The notes under the pieces: model-generated
The model's database searches: none
Told to the model about the DNA's origin: nothing
Seen by the model: the letters and a program-made list of their open reading frames with translations, nothing else
Position numbers and translations under genes: made by a program
Shown here: positions 38,917-48,614 of the stretch, piece after piece
Numbering within the stretch: position 1 is the first letter of the stretch
How the letters are laid out: each line of letters starts with the position of its first letter
IMG/VR virus record: IMGVR_UViG_3300037247_001786
Coordinates: 32,001 to 96,000 of that record
DNA from: a virus
Lineage: Duplodnaviria; Caudoviricetes
Reading direction: 5' to 3' (one strand)
DNA: 64,000 bases

Positions 38917-39362
38917 CAGTTAATATTGCCCCTAAAAAACAAAAAGACCCTTTCGAAATAAAAGATCTTTTTAAAGATGAAGGAACTCAATCTAAAATAA
39001 CTTGCGAACAGTGCGGAGGAAATCTAGGAGAAAAAGATTTCTCTTGCCCTAACTGCGGTTCAAATCAAAATGATGTAGGACAAGCTCACCAGGCTCGCCC
39101 AGACAATAGAGGAAGGCAATATAATCCATTTAGTACGAATATTCATACCAATCCTATGCAGTTCCAAAAAGGAGTTCCTATTAATAGAGCTGCAAGCACT
39201 AAAGACCCCAAAGAAGGTCCTAACCCTGATATAGTCCCTTTTGAGTCAGATGAAATCTTGCAATGTACAGACCCCTCCGAAACTCGAAAAAGAAAGAGAA
39301 GAAAAAATGTCGATATTGAAGAAGTATCTAAATCATGTTTAGATCTAGAAATCGACGGTTAA
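38904..39362 (+). CDS. -1 frame extension of 37690..38916 with double zinc ribbon (includes track ORF 39156..39362)
   Basis: Frame open from the A run (bounded by TAA 38901-38903) with no start codon for ~84 codons; encodes CEQCGG...CPNCGS. Confidence 0.6.
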   Translation, partial: KKKLAVNIAPKKQKDPFEIKDLFKDEGTQSKITCEQCGGNLGEKDFSCPNCGSNQNDVGQAHQARPDNRGRQYNPFSTNIHTNPMQFQKGVPINRAASTKDPKEGPNPDIVPFESDEILQCTDPSETRKRKRRKNVDIEEVSKSCLDLEIDG

Positions 39363-39379
39363 ATAAAAGGGAATAATAT

Positions 39380-41680
39380 ATGGCTAATATAAAAATGAAA
39401 GTATCAGATAGTAGTCCAGAGGGTAGGAGAAGATTAACGACTGCCACAGGTGGATACAATATAGGCACATCAGGCAAAGAAAATTCTGATACGATAGGTA
39501 GTAATCGAAAATATATTTCATCTCAATCAGTAAAAGTACCAATAACTAAAAATGCTCAATTTGCAGGATCAGCAGCGAACGCTGTTTGGGCACAACCAAT
39601 GTTTTTCTCACCTTTACATACCCCACAAAATTGGCAAATAGCTAGTAAAAGAAGAGAAATATATCAATGGTCAAGATTTTATTACATGAATGAACCAAAG
39701 GTCGCTGCAGGCGTTGACTTCTATGCTAATTTTTCTATGAATGGATTTAAACTAGAATGTAAAAAGAAAAAAATCTTAAAGTATTTCGAAAGATTAGTTG
39801 AAAGATTAGACTTATCTGAAAGGCTTAATGAGATAAGCCATGAATATTTTTTATTAGGAGATGTATTCCCATTTTTAGAAATAACTTGTCCTCAGTGTCA
39901 AGGAGGAGGATTTACAAAAGATGGAAAACCGTGCAATCATCCAGATGGAAGTTTTAAGTCTGTTAAAATTTTAAATCCAGACTATATGGATGTTAAGACA
40001 AATAGTATCGCAAACGATCCTAAATTTTTCTTAAAACCAGATGAAGAACTTAAGATGCTTGTTTCTAGAAAAGAACCAAAAGAACTATACGAAAGTCTTC
40101 CTCAAGATTTAATCGATCTTATCTCTACAGGGCAAGATATCCCGTTATCAGATAGATCTATAAGCCATATAAGACATAATGCTAGTCCTTATGGAGTATA
40201 TGGCGTATCTATGCTACAAAGACTGTTTACTATGTTGGCTTATAAGACAAAAATCATGACAGCCAACTGGATAGTTGCAGAAAGATTAATTCTTCCTGTC
40301 AGAGTAGTAAAAGTTGGAGACGAGAAAAGACCAGCCACAGAAGAAGATCTCCAAGATGTCGTAAATCAATTAGGGGCTGTTGCTAATGACCCCAACTTAA
40401 CGATCGTCACTCACCATGCATTTGATTATGAATGGTATGGGGCTTCAGGTAAAATTCATAATATCACTCAAGAGATGGAACATATCGGCAAAGAGATACT
40501 TGATGGACTGATGCTTAATCAAGCTTTACTTAATGGAGAAATGGGAGGTTATAATAGTGCTCAAGTTGGAATAGAGGTTCTTATCCGAAGACTTGATAAT
40601 TGGCGTAACAAGCTTAAATCTTGGGTGGAGAAACATATTTTCCTTCCAATTGCTATGATGCAAGGCTTTATAGACGAACAAGAGTCGGACATGCTTGGAG
40701 AGACAGTTTACATGTATCCGAAATTAGTTTGGAATGATTTGCAATTAAGAGACAAAACAAATAAAATACAAACTTTGATGCAATGGTATGATAAGGGAGG
40801 GGTTTCTGCTCAAACTATATGTGAAGAACTAGATTTAGATTATGATGCCGAAGTTGAGAAAATAAGGGAAGAACAAGTTATGGCAGGACCTCAAGGACAG
40901 ATGCCAGGTGGAGGCAATATGGGAACTATGGGCATGGGAGACATGGGTGGAGGAATGCCAGGCGGAGACATGGGAGGAGGAATGCCAGGCGGAGATATGG
41001 GAGGAGGAATGCCGGGTGGAGGAATGCCAGGCGGAGACATGGGTGGAGGAATGGCAGGCGGAGGAATGGGAGCTGCCCCAGGAATGGGAGCTGCAGCAGA
41101 GAGTTCTTTGCCTAAGATAACTAAAAGAGGCGGAGGCGGTGGAAAAGAAGAAGAGCAAGAACAAGCTCCTCCTCAAATGATAAAATTTACTAAATTAGAA
41201 CAACAAATGTATAAAATACTTCAACAGATTCCAGCTCCTCATGAATTGTTCGCTCAATATTCAGTTAAAGTTCCTGGAGAGCAAAGACCTTTTGTTTTAG
41301 ATTTCGCTTACCCTCAGATAGGAATAGGGGTAGAAACAGATGGAGCTATCTGGCATCAAAGAGAGGACTTCCAACAAAGAGATCTAGTAAGAGACCAAAA
41401 ATTAGCCAATGTTGGTTGGAGAATATTAAGATTTAGAGATGATGCGGTTGATGAACAATCAGATACAGTTCGAGAGGTTATCTCTAAAAATATTATAGAA
41501 GCAACAAAAACTAAAAAAGCAGCTAATGACAAAAACCTAGTTATGAAATACGCTTCAATAGAAGAAACGGGAAAAAATCCAATTTATGATTATATGCTCG
41601 CTAATGAGGGTAAAATAGGAATTAATATTATTGAATTGCCTGGAAAAATGGGACAATTATTATTGATAGGAACAATATAA
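39380..41680 (+). CDS. portal protein with Gly/Met/Pro repeats and a C-terminal DUF559-like nuclease domain
   Basis: Position between terL and protease; IRHNASPYGVYGVSML and ERLILPVRVVKVG portal-type motifs; C-terminal LDFAYPQIGIGVETDGAIWH...RDQKL...GWRILRF. Confidence 0.8.
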   Translation: MANIKMKVSDSSPEGRRRLTTATGGYNIGTSGKENSDTIGSNRKYISSQSVKVPITKNAQFAGSAANAVWAQPMFFSPLHTPQNWQIASKRREIYQWSRFYYMNEPKVAAGVDFYANFSMNGFKLECKKKKILKYFERLVERLDLSERLNEISHEYFLLGDVFPFLEITCPQCQGGGFTKDGKPCNHPDGSFKSVKILNPDYMDVKTNSIANDPKFFLKPDEELKMLVSRKEPKELYESLPQDLIDLISTGQDIPLSDRSISHIRHNASPYGVYGVSMLQRLFTMLAYKTKIMTANWIVAERLILPVRVVKVGDEKRPATEEDLQDVVNQLGAVANDPNLTIVTHHAFDYEWYGASGKIHNITQEMEHIGKEILDGLMLNQALLNGEMGGYNSAQVGIEVLIRRLDNWRNKLKSWVEKHIFLPIAMMQGFIDEQESDMLGETVYMYPKLVWNDLQLRDKTNKIQTLMQWYDKGGVSAQTICEELDLDYDAEVEKIREEQVMAGPQGQMPGGGNMGTMGMGDMGGGMPGGDMGGGMPGGDMGGGMPGGGMPGGDMGGGMAGGGMGAAPGMGAAAESSLPKITKRGGGGGKEEEQEQAPPQMIKFTKLEQQMYKILQQIPAPHELFAQYSVKVPGEQRPFVLDFAYPQIGIGVETDGAIWHQREDFQQRDLVRDQKLANVGWRILRFRDDAVDEQSDTVREVISKNIIEATKTKKAANDKNLVMKYASIEETGKNPIYDYMLANEGKIGINIIELPGKMGQLLLIGTI
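40937..41065 (+). repeat. coding tandem repeat GDMGGGMPG (about 27-nt unit, ~4 copies)
   Basis: GGAGACATGGGTGGAGGAATGCCAGGC-like units inside the portal gene. Confidence 0.85.
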
Positions 41681-42099
41681 TGAAAATATTTAATTTAAAA
41701 CTTGCTGGCCCTAAAAAAATTAAAGATAGGGGTATCAATTGGAAAGAAAAATATCATGAAAAATCAGTTGGACTTAAAAAGAAGTTTGATAAGGAAATAG
41801 GACCTCAAGCTTATATGAGATTTGAGGGACATGACTATACCACCAATTCAGATTATTTTGTAGTAGTTGGTCCTGCTGTCACAAAAGACCTTAAAAAAAG
41901 ATATTTTGCGGGAATTAAAAAATTACCTGATGACCCTAAAGCTAAAGTATATGCTCCTTCAGGGGAATATTTTTCTACTGTAGTTGCAGCGTATAGCCAT
42001 GCTGCTGATAAATGGAGAATTCCATTTCCAAAAGGAGTCCCTGGATATAATCTAGGTCATCTAGCGAATATAGATATACCAAGGCACGTAAAAGGATAA
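41680..42099 (+). CDS. hypothetical protein (MKIFNLKLAG N-terminus)
   Basis: Start overlaps the portal stop. Confidence 0.7.
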   Translation: MKIFNLKLAGPKKIKDRGINWKEKYHEKSVGLKKKFDKEIGPQAYMRFEGHDYTTNSDYFVVVGPAVTKDLKKRYFAGIKKLPDDPKAKVYAPSGEYFSTVVAAYSHAADKWRIPFPKGVPGYNLGHLANIDIPRHVKG

Positions 42100-42170
42100 A
42101 AACTTAAATAAAGGTTTTTTAAGACTATTTCCTAAATAAAAAGAATACACATTATTTGGAGACAAATATA

Positions 42171-42332
42171 ATGCTAAAGTGCGGTCAAAAAGATAATGCC
42201 AATTATACATTTGGCGTAAGTGAAAAACAAATTAAAAAAGCGAATAAAGATGCTTCAAAATTTTGTTCTGCTTGTGGCTCAAAAATAAGAGCTAATACTG
42301 ACTATTGCTCAAAATGCGGGAGTCCAGTTTAA
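42171..42332 (+). CDS. 53-aa double zinc-ribbon protein (not in ORF track)
   Basis: MLKCGQ...FCSACGSKIRANTDYCSKCGSPV; GGAG RBS. Confidence 0.6.
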   Translation: MLKCGQKDNANYTFGVSEKQIKKANKDASKFCSACGSKIRANTDYCSKCGSPV

Positions 42333-42389
42333 CTACTCTCCTGATCAATATGGCACGACTATTTAAATTAATAATTAAGGAAATAAATT

Positions 42390-45300
42390 ATGGCTATTTA
42401 TAAAACAGCAACTTTTTCTTATAAACATGAAATTAAGGCTCTTAATAAACCTAAAGGTTGGGATATCTTTAATCTTCCTGATCAAATCAAAACAGCTTCA
42501 ACTAAACTGTCAGAGAATGAAGATCTCAATGGTTTCGACTTAAAAACAGCGACATCAGATCATCCAGATCATCTTTATTTAAAAATATTTGCTATTAAAG
42601 AAGATGAGGTAAATGATAATGGGGACGCTTTCTCATCTAAAGAACTTAAAACTGCTGCTGCATCTTTTGTAGGAGTTCCTTTATTTACTAATCACCAAAA
42701 CGACGATGTCGAAAAATCAAGAGGAGAATGCGTTCACTCTTGGTACGATAAAACCGCTGGAGGTATCTTTATTATAGGAAGAGTAGATAAAGTAGCTTAT
42801 CCTAAATTAGCAAGAGGAATTGAAGAAGGGTATATTACTGGAACATCTATGGGTTGTTCAGTAGAATACTCTATATGCTCAGTTTGCCATAATAAGGCAC
42901 AAACATCTGATGAATACTGCGAACATATTGCAGGAAGAAAAAATAAAAAATATTCTGGCGATATTAATTGCAAATATCATCAAAGCCCTATCGATACTGA
43001 CGATCAATGCCCTCTTTGTAAATCTGTTAAAGATACATCGACTTCATTAGATCATGATAAACAAGCTATTTTTGAACATAACTATGGACTTAAATTTATC
43101 GAAAACTCATTTGTTGTAAACCCTGCTTGTCATGATTGTGGCGTAAGCTGTATTCTTCATGTACCAGAATTACAAAAGAAAATAGCTTCATTTAGTAATT
43201 CTATCAACTCTTTAATTAAAAATTCAAGTAATCTTAATGAAGATGGGATAGATGATTTACTTAAAATGGGGGGAGTAGACGAGCTTAATCTTCTTAAAGA
43301 CTCTATGGGGAAACTAGAACAAGTAGTCCAGAGCATGTTAAAGCAAAAAGAAAATGTCTCTATGGACTATGTAAGCGACCTAGTTAAAGCTATGGCTGAC
43401 TTGCAAGCTACTTATGATGAGTTAAATGAAATGGGATATGCCAGACTTCCATCTGCTGTAACCGCTGATATACCAACAGATACGGCTATTACCGGAGACG
43501 CTGAGGCTGAAGCATTGCCAAACCCAGTCGCTCAACCAGCTCCAATGCCAGCTCCTGCATCTACAGGAGTAAGCTCAAATGACATGTCAGGTCTCGGGAC
43601 TATGACTACACCTAAACAATCTTCGAAAAAAATAGAGGATTTTTCAGCTATAAATCAAAAATTAGTAACTAAGGTGTCAATGTTAACAGATACCATCAAT
43701 AATGTTATAGAAAATATCAATAACCGAAATTTAAAAGAAATAGGAGTGGATATGACTGCAAAGAAAGAAACAAAAGTAGCGGCTGGCCCTGAAAACAGAG
43801 AAGTCATTACTGAAAAACAATTAGAGAAGAAGAATACAGACCTACATCCTAGAACTGATACTACTTATGAAGGGACTACTGAAAGTCCTGAACAAATAGG
43901 TGGTTCAGAGCAAAGTAATGATACCACAAGCGACAGTCCACAAGTTCGTCAAGGAACTTATGAAACTATTACTGAGGATCAACTTGGCACAACAAGTGCT
44001 GCTGTAGTCCGTTATGATGATACTCCAGAAGTTATCACAGAAAAACAATGGACAGAACTAAGCAGAACTATCAGTTCTCAGGTATCAGATGATTATATTG
44101 AAACAATTACTGAAGACCAACTAAAGCAATTGCTTCAAAACCATAAATTTGTAGGATCTTACGAAACAATTACAGAAGATCAACTTAAAGGAATAAGTAT
44201 GACAACTGATCTTAAGAGATGGGCGAATAAAGACTATTCCCTTTCTGTTATGAAAGTTGCCACAAAATCTATTGTTGACGCTATCTCTGATTATCGAAAA
44301 TCTCCTGAAGAAATAGCTAGAACAGCTTCTGCGATAGTTGATAATCCAGAAATGAGAGCAAAAGTAGCTTTCTTATCAGTTGTTAATTCATTACCACATA
44401 AAGTAGAAGATAGAAATTTGATGGCAAGTAAGTCAGCTTATTTTAGTAAAGTAGCTTCTAAAGATTCTTCAGTATCGGCTATCGATGCATTATCGTTTGC
44501 AGTCGCCGCTAATGGAGAATTAGGAATGGTAGCAGAAGATATTCTTGACTCTATCGCTCATGCAGTAAGAAATAAAACTGTTATGGCTAAAGTTGATGAT
44601 ATGGTAAAAACAAAACTTGCTTCAGGTTCTGAACAAAAAACAGTTATTAGTAAATATGACGCTATGGCATCTGCTATTAAAGCTTTAGATAAGCCTGAAG
44701 ATGGCATATATAGAATTAAAGCGACACTCGCTGATATTGATGCTCCTATTACAAACAAAGTTGCTTTCTGCGAAAGTATTAAAAAATTCGCACAAGGAAT
44801 AATGGAAGAAGAAGGAATGATGGGAGAAGAAATGACAGGAGAAGAAGGTTCTGAAGGTTCTGTAGCAGCTGTTATCAAGGTTCAAGTCGGCGATGGAGGA
44901 GAACTTATTATAGATGTATCAGAAGATGGTGCAGAAATAACTCCTGATGATATCGAAGGACTTATCGAAGGACCTGTAGATGATATCGATGTAGAGCCAG
45001 AAACAGAAGAACCTGGTTGCGACGTTTGCGAACAACCTGGCGAAGACTGTGCATGCATGGCTAAATCTAGAGAAGAAATTACTAAAGAAGCTCAAATGAT
45101 GGGCGGAGAAATGGGTGGTCAAGGAGGAGCAGCTCAAGCACCTGGTGCTGGAGCGTCCGTTCCTGGTATGCCAGCCGAAGTTGCACCTATGGAGAGCTTA
45201 ACAGAAGAACCTGCTGTTGATGAGATGGGTCTTGATGATGGAGGAGGGGAACCTCTTCCTCCTGGTTCACTTTGTCCTGCTTGCGGTAGCGAAGATGTTG

Positions 45301-47894
45301 ACGTTATCTCAGGTAAAACTAAATGTAATAATTGTGGATCTACTGGAACATTTAAAGTACAGATAGAAGTTGACAATTGGACAGGAACTACCCCCGATGC
45401 TAATTCCGAACCTGAAGAAGGTGGAGACGAATTCGGTGGAGAAGGTTTCGAGATGCCAGAAGACGCTGGTCTGGAAGAACCAGGTATGGGCGATGCAGGA
45501 ATGGGCGAAATGCCAGCAGTCGCTGCTATGATGAAAGTTACTCCTGAAATGTTACAGAAGCTCGCTGAGACTGATATAGAAATTGGAACAGTTAGCCCTG
45601 CTACAGGATCAACAAATACTATGAAGCTTGCATCAGGAGAACACGTTTGTCTTGATACAGGAACTAAATATAAAGTTGCTTATGCCACTTCAACAGATGG
45701 TAAAGAAGTATGGGCTCAATGGGAATGGACTCCATTAGTAGAAGGAATAAATGTAAAATGTTCTTCTTGCGATAGAGCGAAACAAAAATTTGTAAAAGCA
45801 CTATCTTCAATCTCTGTTACTGAAGCTCAATTTGATGCTTTAGAAATTAAAGAAAAAATTCAGACTATTAGCAAATTAAAAGAAGCTGGATCTTTAAAAA
45901 CAATTAAAACAGCTAGCAAAGAAGGGTCGGTTATAGATGATTACAAACTCGCTTACGGAGGTTATGGTAAAGATTTCCCAATAGAAAGTTGCGTAGAAAA
46001 ACTTGCTCGCAGATTTGGAGAGAATGCATTAGCTTTAAGTGGTCCATGCGAAGGCAAACCTCTTGCAGAATGCGTATGTCAACAACTTAAGAACGCTGAC
46101 ATCTATACAGATAAAGTTGCTATTAAAGTTGCTGAAAGTTGGAGCGATTGCTCAGGAGATGAGGAATGCGTTGAAGACCAGATCAGAGATGGATATAATA
46201 TCAGACAAGCCGCAAGTATTTGCGAAACTCTAAAGATAACCGTTGCTTCTCCTGAAGATCTATTAGCTGATGAGCTTTCCAATGAAGAATTTGGCGACCC
46301 TAACGGCGAACCAGACGGTCCTGAAGGACTTCCAATGGAAGAGACAGTAGAAGATGTTGATCCATTTGCAGAAGGAGATGTAGGGGGAACAGTAACCCTT
46401 GAGCTTCCTGTAGATGTTGTCGAACAACTTAGCGAACAGCTTGATGTAGCTCTCGGAGAAGGTTCGGAAGATGGATTAGAAGATGCTGATATGAATGGAA
46501 CTCCTGATATTATGGAAGACAATGGAGGAGAAATTGTTGAAGAGATCACTCCTGAAGATCTTGGAGTTGAAGAAACCTCTCCTATGATGGATATGACAGA
46601 AACAAAACCAATGGAAGACATGACAGAGTCAAAACCTGTTGATGGAATTGGAGTTAATTTCGAACAAGAAGAAAATAATAGAGGACTTTCTGCACCATTT
46701 TCAGAAAAGAAAGTTACAGTTAATGTAGATCCTGCATTGGCTGAAAGCGAATACGATTTTAAGGAAGCTTCTAATATGAAAAGTAGACAAGGAAAAGTTG
46801 GACAAGTCGGAATGGACTTATCTGGAGTTTTAGCTGTTATCACTGCTGGCGAAAAAGAAATTAGCCAAGAGAAAGCACAAGACTCAAGCGATATAGGTCA
46901 ATATACGGCAGGAGAAAATGGCAGTCAAATGGGTCATGAAAATGAAACTATTCCTACTGCTCAAAAACCTTCTATACCAAGAGACAATGCTACAATGGGA
47001 CAAGAAGATGCAGACCTTAATCCACAAGATAGTCCACAACCAGTCATACCTTCTGACAATGCTACAATGGGTCACGAAGATGAAGCTGGATTGAGTGGAG
47101 GAGACAACAGATATACTGGAGGAACAGACGGACAAGGCAAAACAGAAACTGCCTCTACCGATGAAGACTTAATGCATATGGCAGGATTTGGGAACTCAAG
47201 TTCTGGTCTCTCTCGTTTAGCTGAAAGAATCCTTGAAGCTACAAAACTAGAAGCACCAGCACCAGTTGCTGATGATAAAGATATAAAACCTATCAAAGGA
47301 GATAGCACAATTGGTAAAGAAGATAAATTCGATGCCAAGGGGCCTGAGAATACTAAAGGAACCGGAAATACTTCTATGATGGGGCACGAAAGTGAAACAA
47401 TAGGTGACAGACCTGATTCTCCTAAAGATCATCCTGATGTTGCTACAGGCAACTCACAGATGGGACAAGAAGAGTTAGACTCTGAAAAAACTACTAAAGA
47501 TAAAGGTACAGTAATCGCTGAAACTGACAGCGGTTCGAAGTCCGAGGCTTATAGAGTCGCTGCTAGAATGCTACAGTCAAAAATGATTGAAGCTTCTGGA
47601 TTAGAGTCCAAGGTTCAAGAATTAAGAACTTATAAGCCTGCCCAAATTAAAGATATCGAAAAAGCTATCTTTGCTGGCAAAAAAGGACTTGACACTGTAT
47701 CAGACGGAATGTCTCAAGCCGTAGTAATAAATGAGGCAAGTAGCGAACAACAAGCTATCAAAGAGGCTAAAGCAAATGAAGTTAATACTACAGATGAATT
47801 GCAAAAGAAAATATCTTCACTGTTTCGCTTAGAACAGCAAAATATAGAAGCTGATAATGACGAGAATATTCAGTTAAGAAGAACTTATCGTTAA
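42390..47894 (+). CDS. prohead (maturation) protease fused to a very long scaffold region
   Basis: N-terminal NDNGDAF, FTNHQ (His), GYITGTSMGC (Ser) protease motifs; immediately upstream of decoration and capsid genes; ITE(K/D)QL and MG(H/Q)E repeats. Confidence 0.8.
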   Translation: MAIYKTATFSYKHEIKALNKPKGWDIFNLPDQIKTASTKLSENEDLNGFDLKTATSDHPDHLYLKIFAIKEDEVNDNGDAFSSKELKTAAASFVGVPLFTNHQNDDVEKSRGECVHSWYDKTAGGIFIIGRVDKVAYPKLARGIEEGYITGTSMGCSVEYSICSVCHNKAQTSDEYCEHIAGRKNKKYSGDINCKYHQSPIDTDDQCPLCKSVKDTSTSLDHDKQAIFEHNYGLKFIENSFVVNPACHDCGVSCILHVPELQKKIASFSNSINSLIKNSSNLNEDGIDDLLKMGGVDELNLLKDSMGKLEQVVQSMLKQKENVSMDYVSDLVKAMADLQATYDELNEMGYARLPSAVTADIPTDTAITGDAEAEALPNPVAQPAPMPAPASTGVSSNDMSGLGTMTTPKQSSKKIEDFSAINQKLVTKVSMLTDTINNVIENINNRNLKEIGVDMTAKKETKVAAGPENREVITEKQLEKKNTDLHPRTDTTYEGTTESPEQIGGSEQSNDTTSDSPQVRQGTYETITEDQLGTTSAAVVRYDDTPEVITEKQWTELSRTISSQVSDDYIETITEDQLKQLLQNHKFVGSYETITEDQLKGISMTTDLKRWANKDYSLSVMKVATKSIVDAISDYRKSPEEIARTASAIVDNPEMRAKVAFLSVVNSLPHKVEDRNLMASKSAYFSKVASKDSSVSAIDALSFAVAANGELGMVAEDILDSIAHAVRNKTVMAKVDDMVKTKLASGSEQKTVISKYDAMASAIKALDKPEDGIYRIKATLADIDAPITNKVAFCESIKKFAQGIMEEEGMMGEEMTGEEGSEGSVAAVIKVQVGDGGELIIDVSEDGAEITPDDIEGLIEGPVDDIDVEPETEEPGCDVCEQPGEDCACMAKSREEITKEAQMMGGEMGGQGGAAQAPGAGASVPGMPAEVAPMESLTEEPAVDEMGLDDGGGEPLPPGSLCPACGSEDVDVISGKTKCNNCGSTGTFKVQIEVDNWTGTTPDANSEPEEGGDEFGGEGFEMPEDAGLEEPGMGDAGMGEMPAVAAMMKVTPEMLQKLAETDIEIGTVSPATGSTNTMKLASGEHVCLDTGTKYKVAYATSTDGKEVWAQWEWTPLVEGINVKCSSCDRAKQKFVKALSSISVTEAQFDALEIKEKIQTISKLKEAGSLKTIKTASKEGSVIDDYKLAYGGYGKDFPIESCVEKLARRFGENALALSGPCEGKPLAECVCQQLKNADIYTDKVAIKVAESWSDCSGDEECVEDQIRDGYNIRQAASICETLKITVASPEDLLADELSNEEFGDPNGEPDGPEGLPMEETVEDVDPFAEGDVGGTVTLELPVDVVEQLSEQLDVALGEGSEDGLEDADMNGTPDIMEDNGGEIVEEITPEDLGVEETSPMMDMTETKPMEDMTESKPVDGIGVNFEQEENNRGLSAPFSEKKVTVNVDPALAESEYDFKEASNMKSRQGKVGQVGMDLSGVLAVITAGEKEISQEKAQDSSDIGQYTAGENGSQMGHENETIPTAQKPSIPRDNATMGQEDADLNPQDSPQPVIPSDNATMGHEDEAGLSGGDNRYTGGTDGQGKTETASTDEDLMHMAGFGNSSSGLSRLAERILEATKLEAPAPVADDKDIKPIKGDSTIGKEDKFDAKGPENTKGTGNTSMMGHESETIGDRPDSPKDHPDVATGNSQMGQEELDSEKTTKDKGTVIAETDSGSKSEAYRVAARMLQSKMIEASGLESKVQELRTYKPAQIKDIEKAIFAGKKGLDTVSDGMSQAVVINEASSEQQAIKEAKANEVNTTDELQKKISSLFRLEQQNIEADNDENIQLRRTYR

Positions 47895-47941
47895 AAAAAG
47901 ATTTTAATTAAAACAAACTTTAAATAAAAGGAGAGACAATT

Positions 47942-48529
47942 ATGGCTCTTATAGTAGAACAACACGTAATTGCTGATATGTATCCAGTTGCTGCTGCAGC
48001 GTTTGTATCAGGTATTAGTGCAGGAATGTTAGTTACTTTAAATGCTGCTGGCGAAGCGATTCAAGCAACAACATCTTTAATGGATTCAGTTATTGGTATC
48101 GCCGGTGATTCAATCTTGACAACAGCAGGACAAACTACTGCTTATTCAGCAGAGGTCGTTGTAGGTGCTCAGGATTCTGACACTGCGAGAACTCGTTGGA
48201 CAAGCAACAGGGTTTCTGATATGTATGATGAAGCCGCAGCATCCGGAAAAATTACCGTTTATAACGGTGGTGGAAAATTCCAAATTAGTGCAGACCTTTT
48301 ATCTCCAGTTGCCAATACTATCGTCCCAGGCGATGGTCTTATTGCCACTGATGGTGGATTATGGGACGAAGTAACTGACAATGCTGCAGGCGACCAGGTT
48401 GCTCTTTGTGTAGGCGTTCCTAGTGCTTATCCGTCAGGCGTTCCTGGCACGGATACTGCTGATGGATCTATCGAACTTGCAAACGGTAGTGTCGGAAACC
48501 TTTGGGTTCCAATTAGTCTTAGAATATAA
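47942..48529 (+). CDS. putative head decoration/cement protein
   Basis: Small Ala/Gly/Thr-rich beta protein between scaffold and MCP; AAGGAG RBS; ASGKITVY.GGG.F pattern. Confidence 0.6.
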   Translation: MALIVEQHVIADMYPVAAAAFVSGISAGMLVTLNAAGEAIQATTSLMDSVIGIAGDSILTTAGQTTAYSAEVVVGAQDSDTARTRWTSNRVSDMYDEAAASGKITVYNGGGKFQISADLLSPVANTIVPGDGLIATDGGLWDEVTDNAAGDQVALCVGVPSAYPSGVPGTDTADGSIELANGSVGNLWVPISLRI

Positions 48530-48614
48530 TCTAAGTAAGTAAAAAATATTAACATTTACATTTTAAGGTTATCAGAGATAAGACTTAAAAGTAATTCAAA
48601 AAAGGAGAATTATT

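Noticed and set aside
39156-39362. Independent 68-aa gene
   Set aside because: No RBS, and the frame is open and zinc-ribbon-coding for 84 codons upstream; better explained as the end of the frameshift extension.
40835-41176. Antisense and alternate-frame ORFs with SAWHSS or EECQAE repeats
   Set aside because: By-products of the GDMGGGMPG repeat in the portal gene.
41170-41500. Portal nuclease domain as an intein
   Set aside because: No Cys/Ser-start block A and no His-Asn-[C/S/T] end flank it.
46103-46843. 246-aa antisense ORF
   Set aside because: Ser/Pro-rich shadow of the acidic scaffold codons on the opposite strand; no RBS or independent features.
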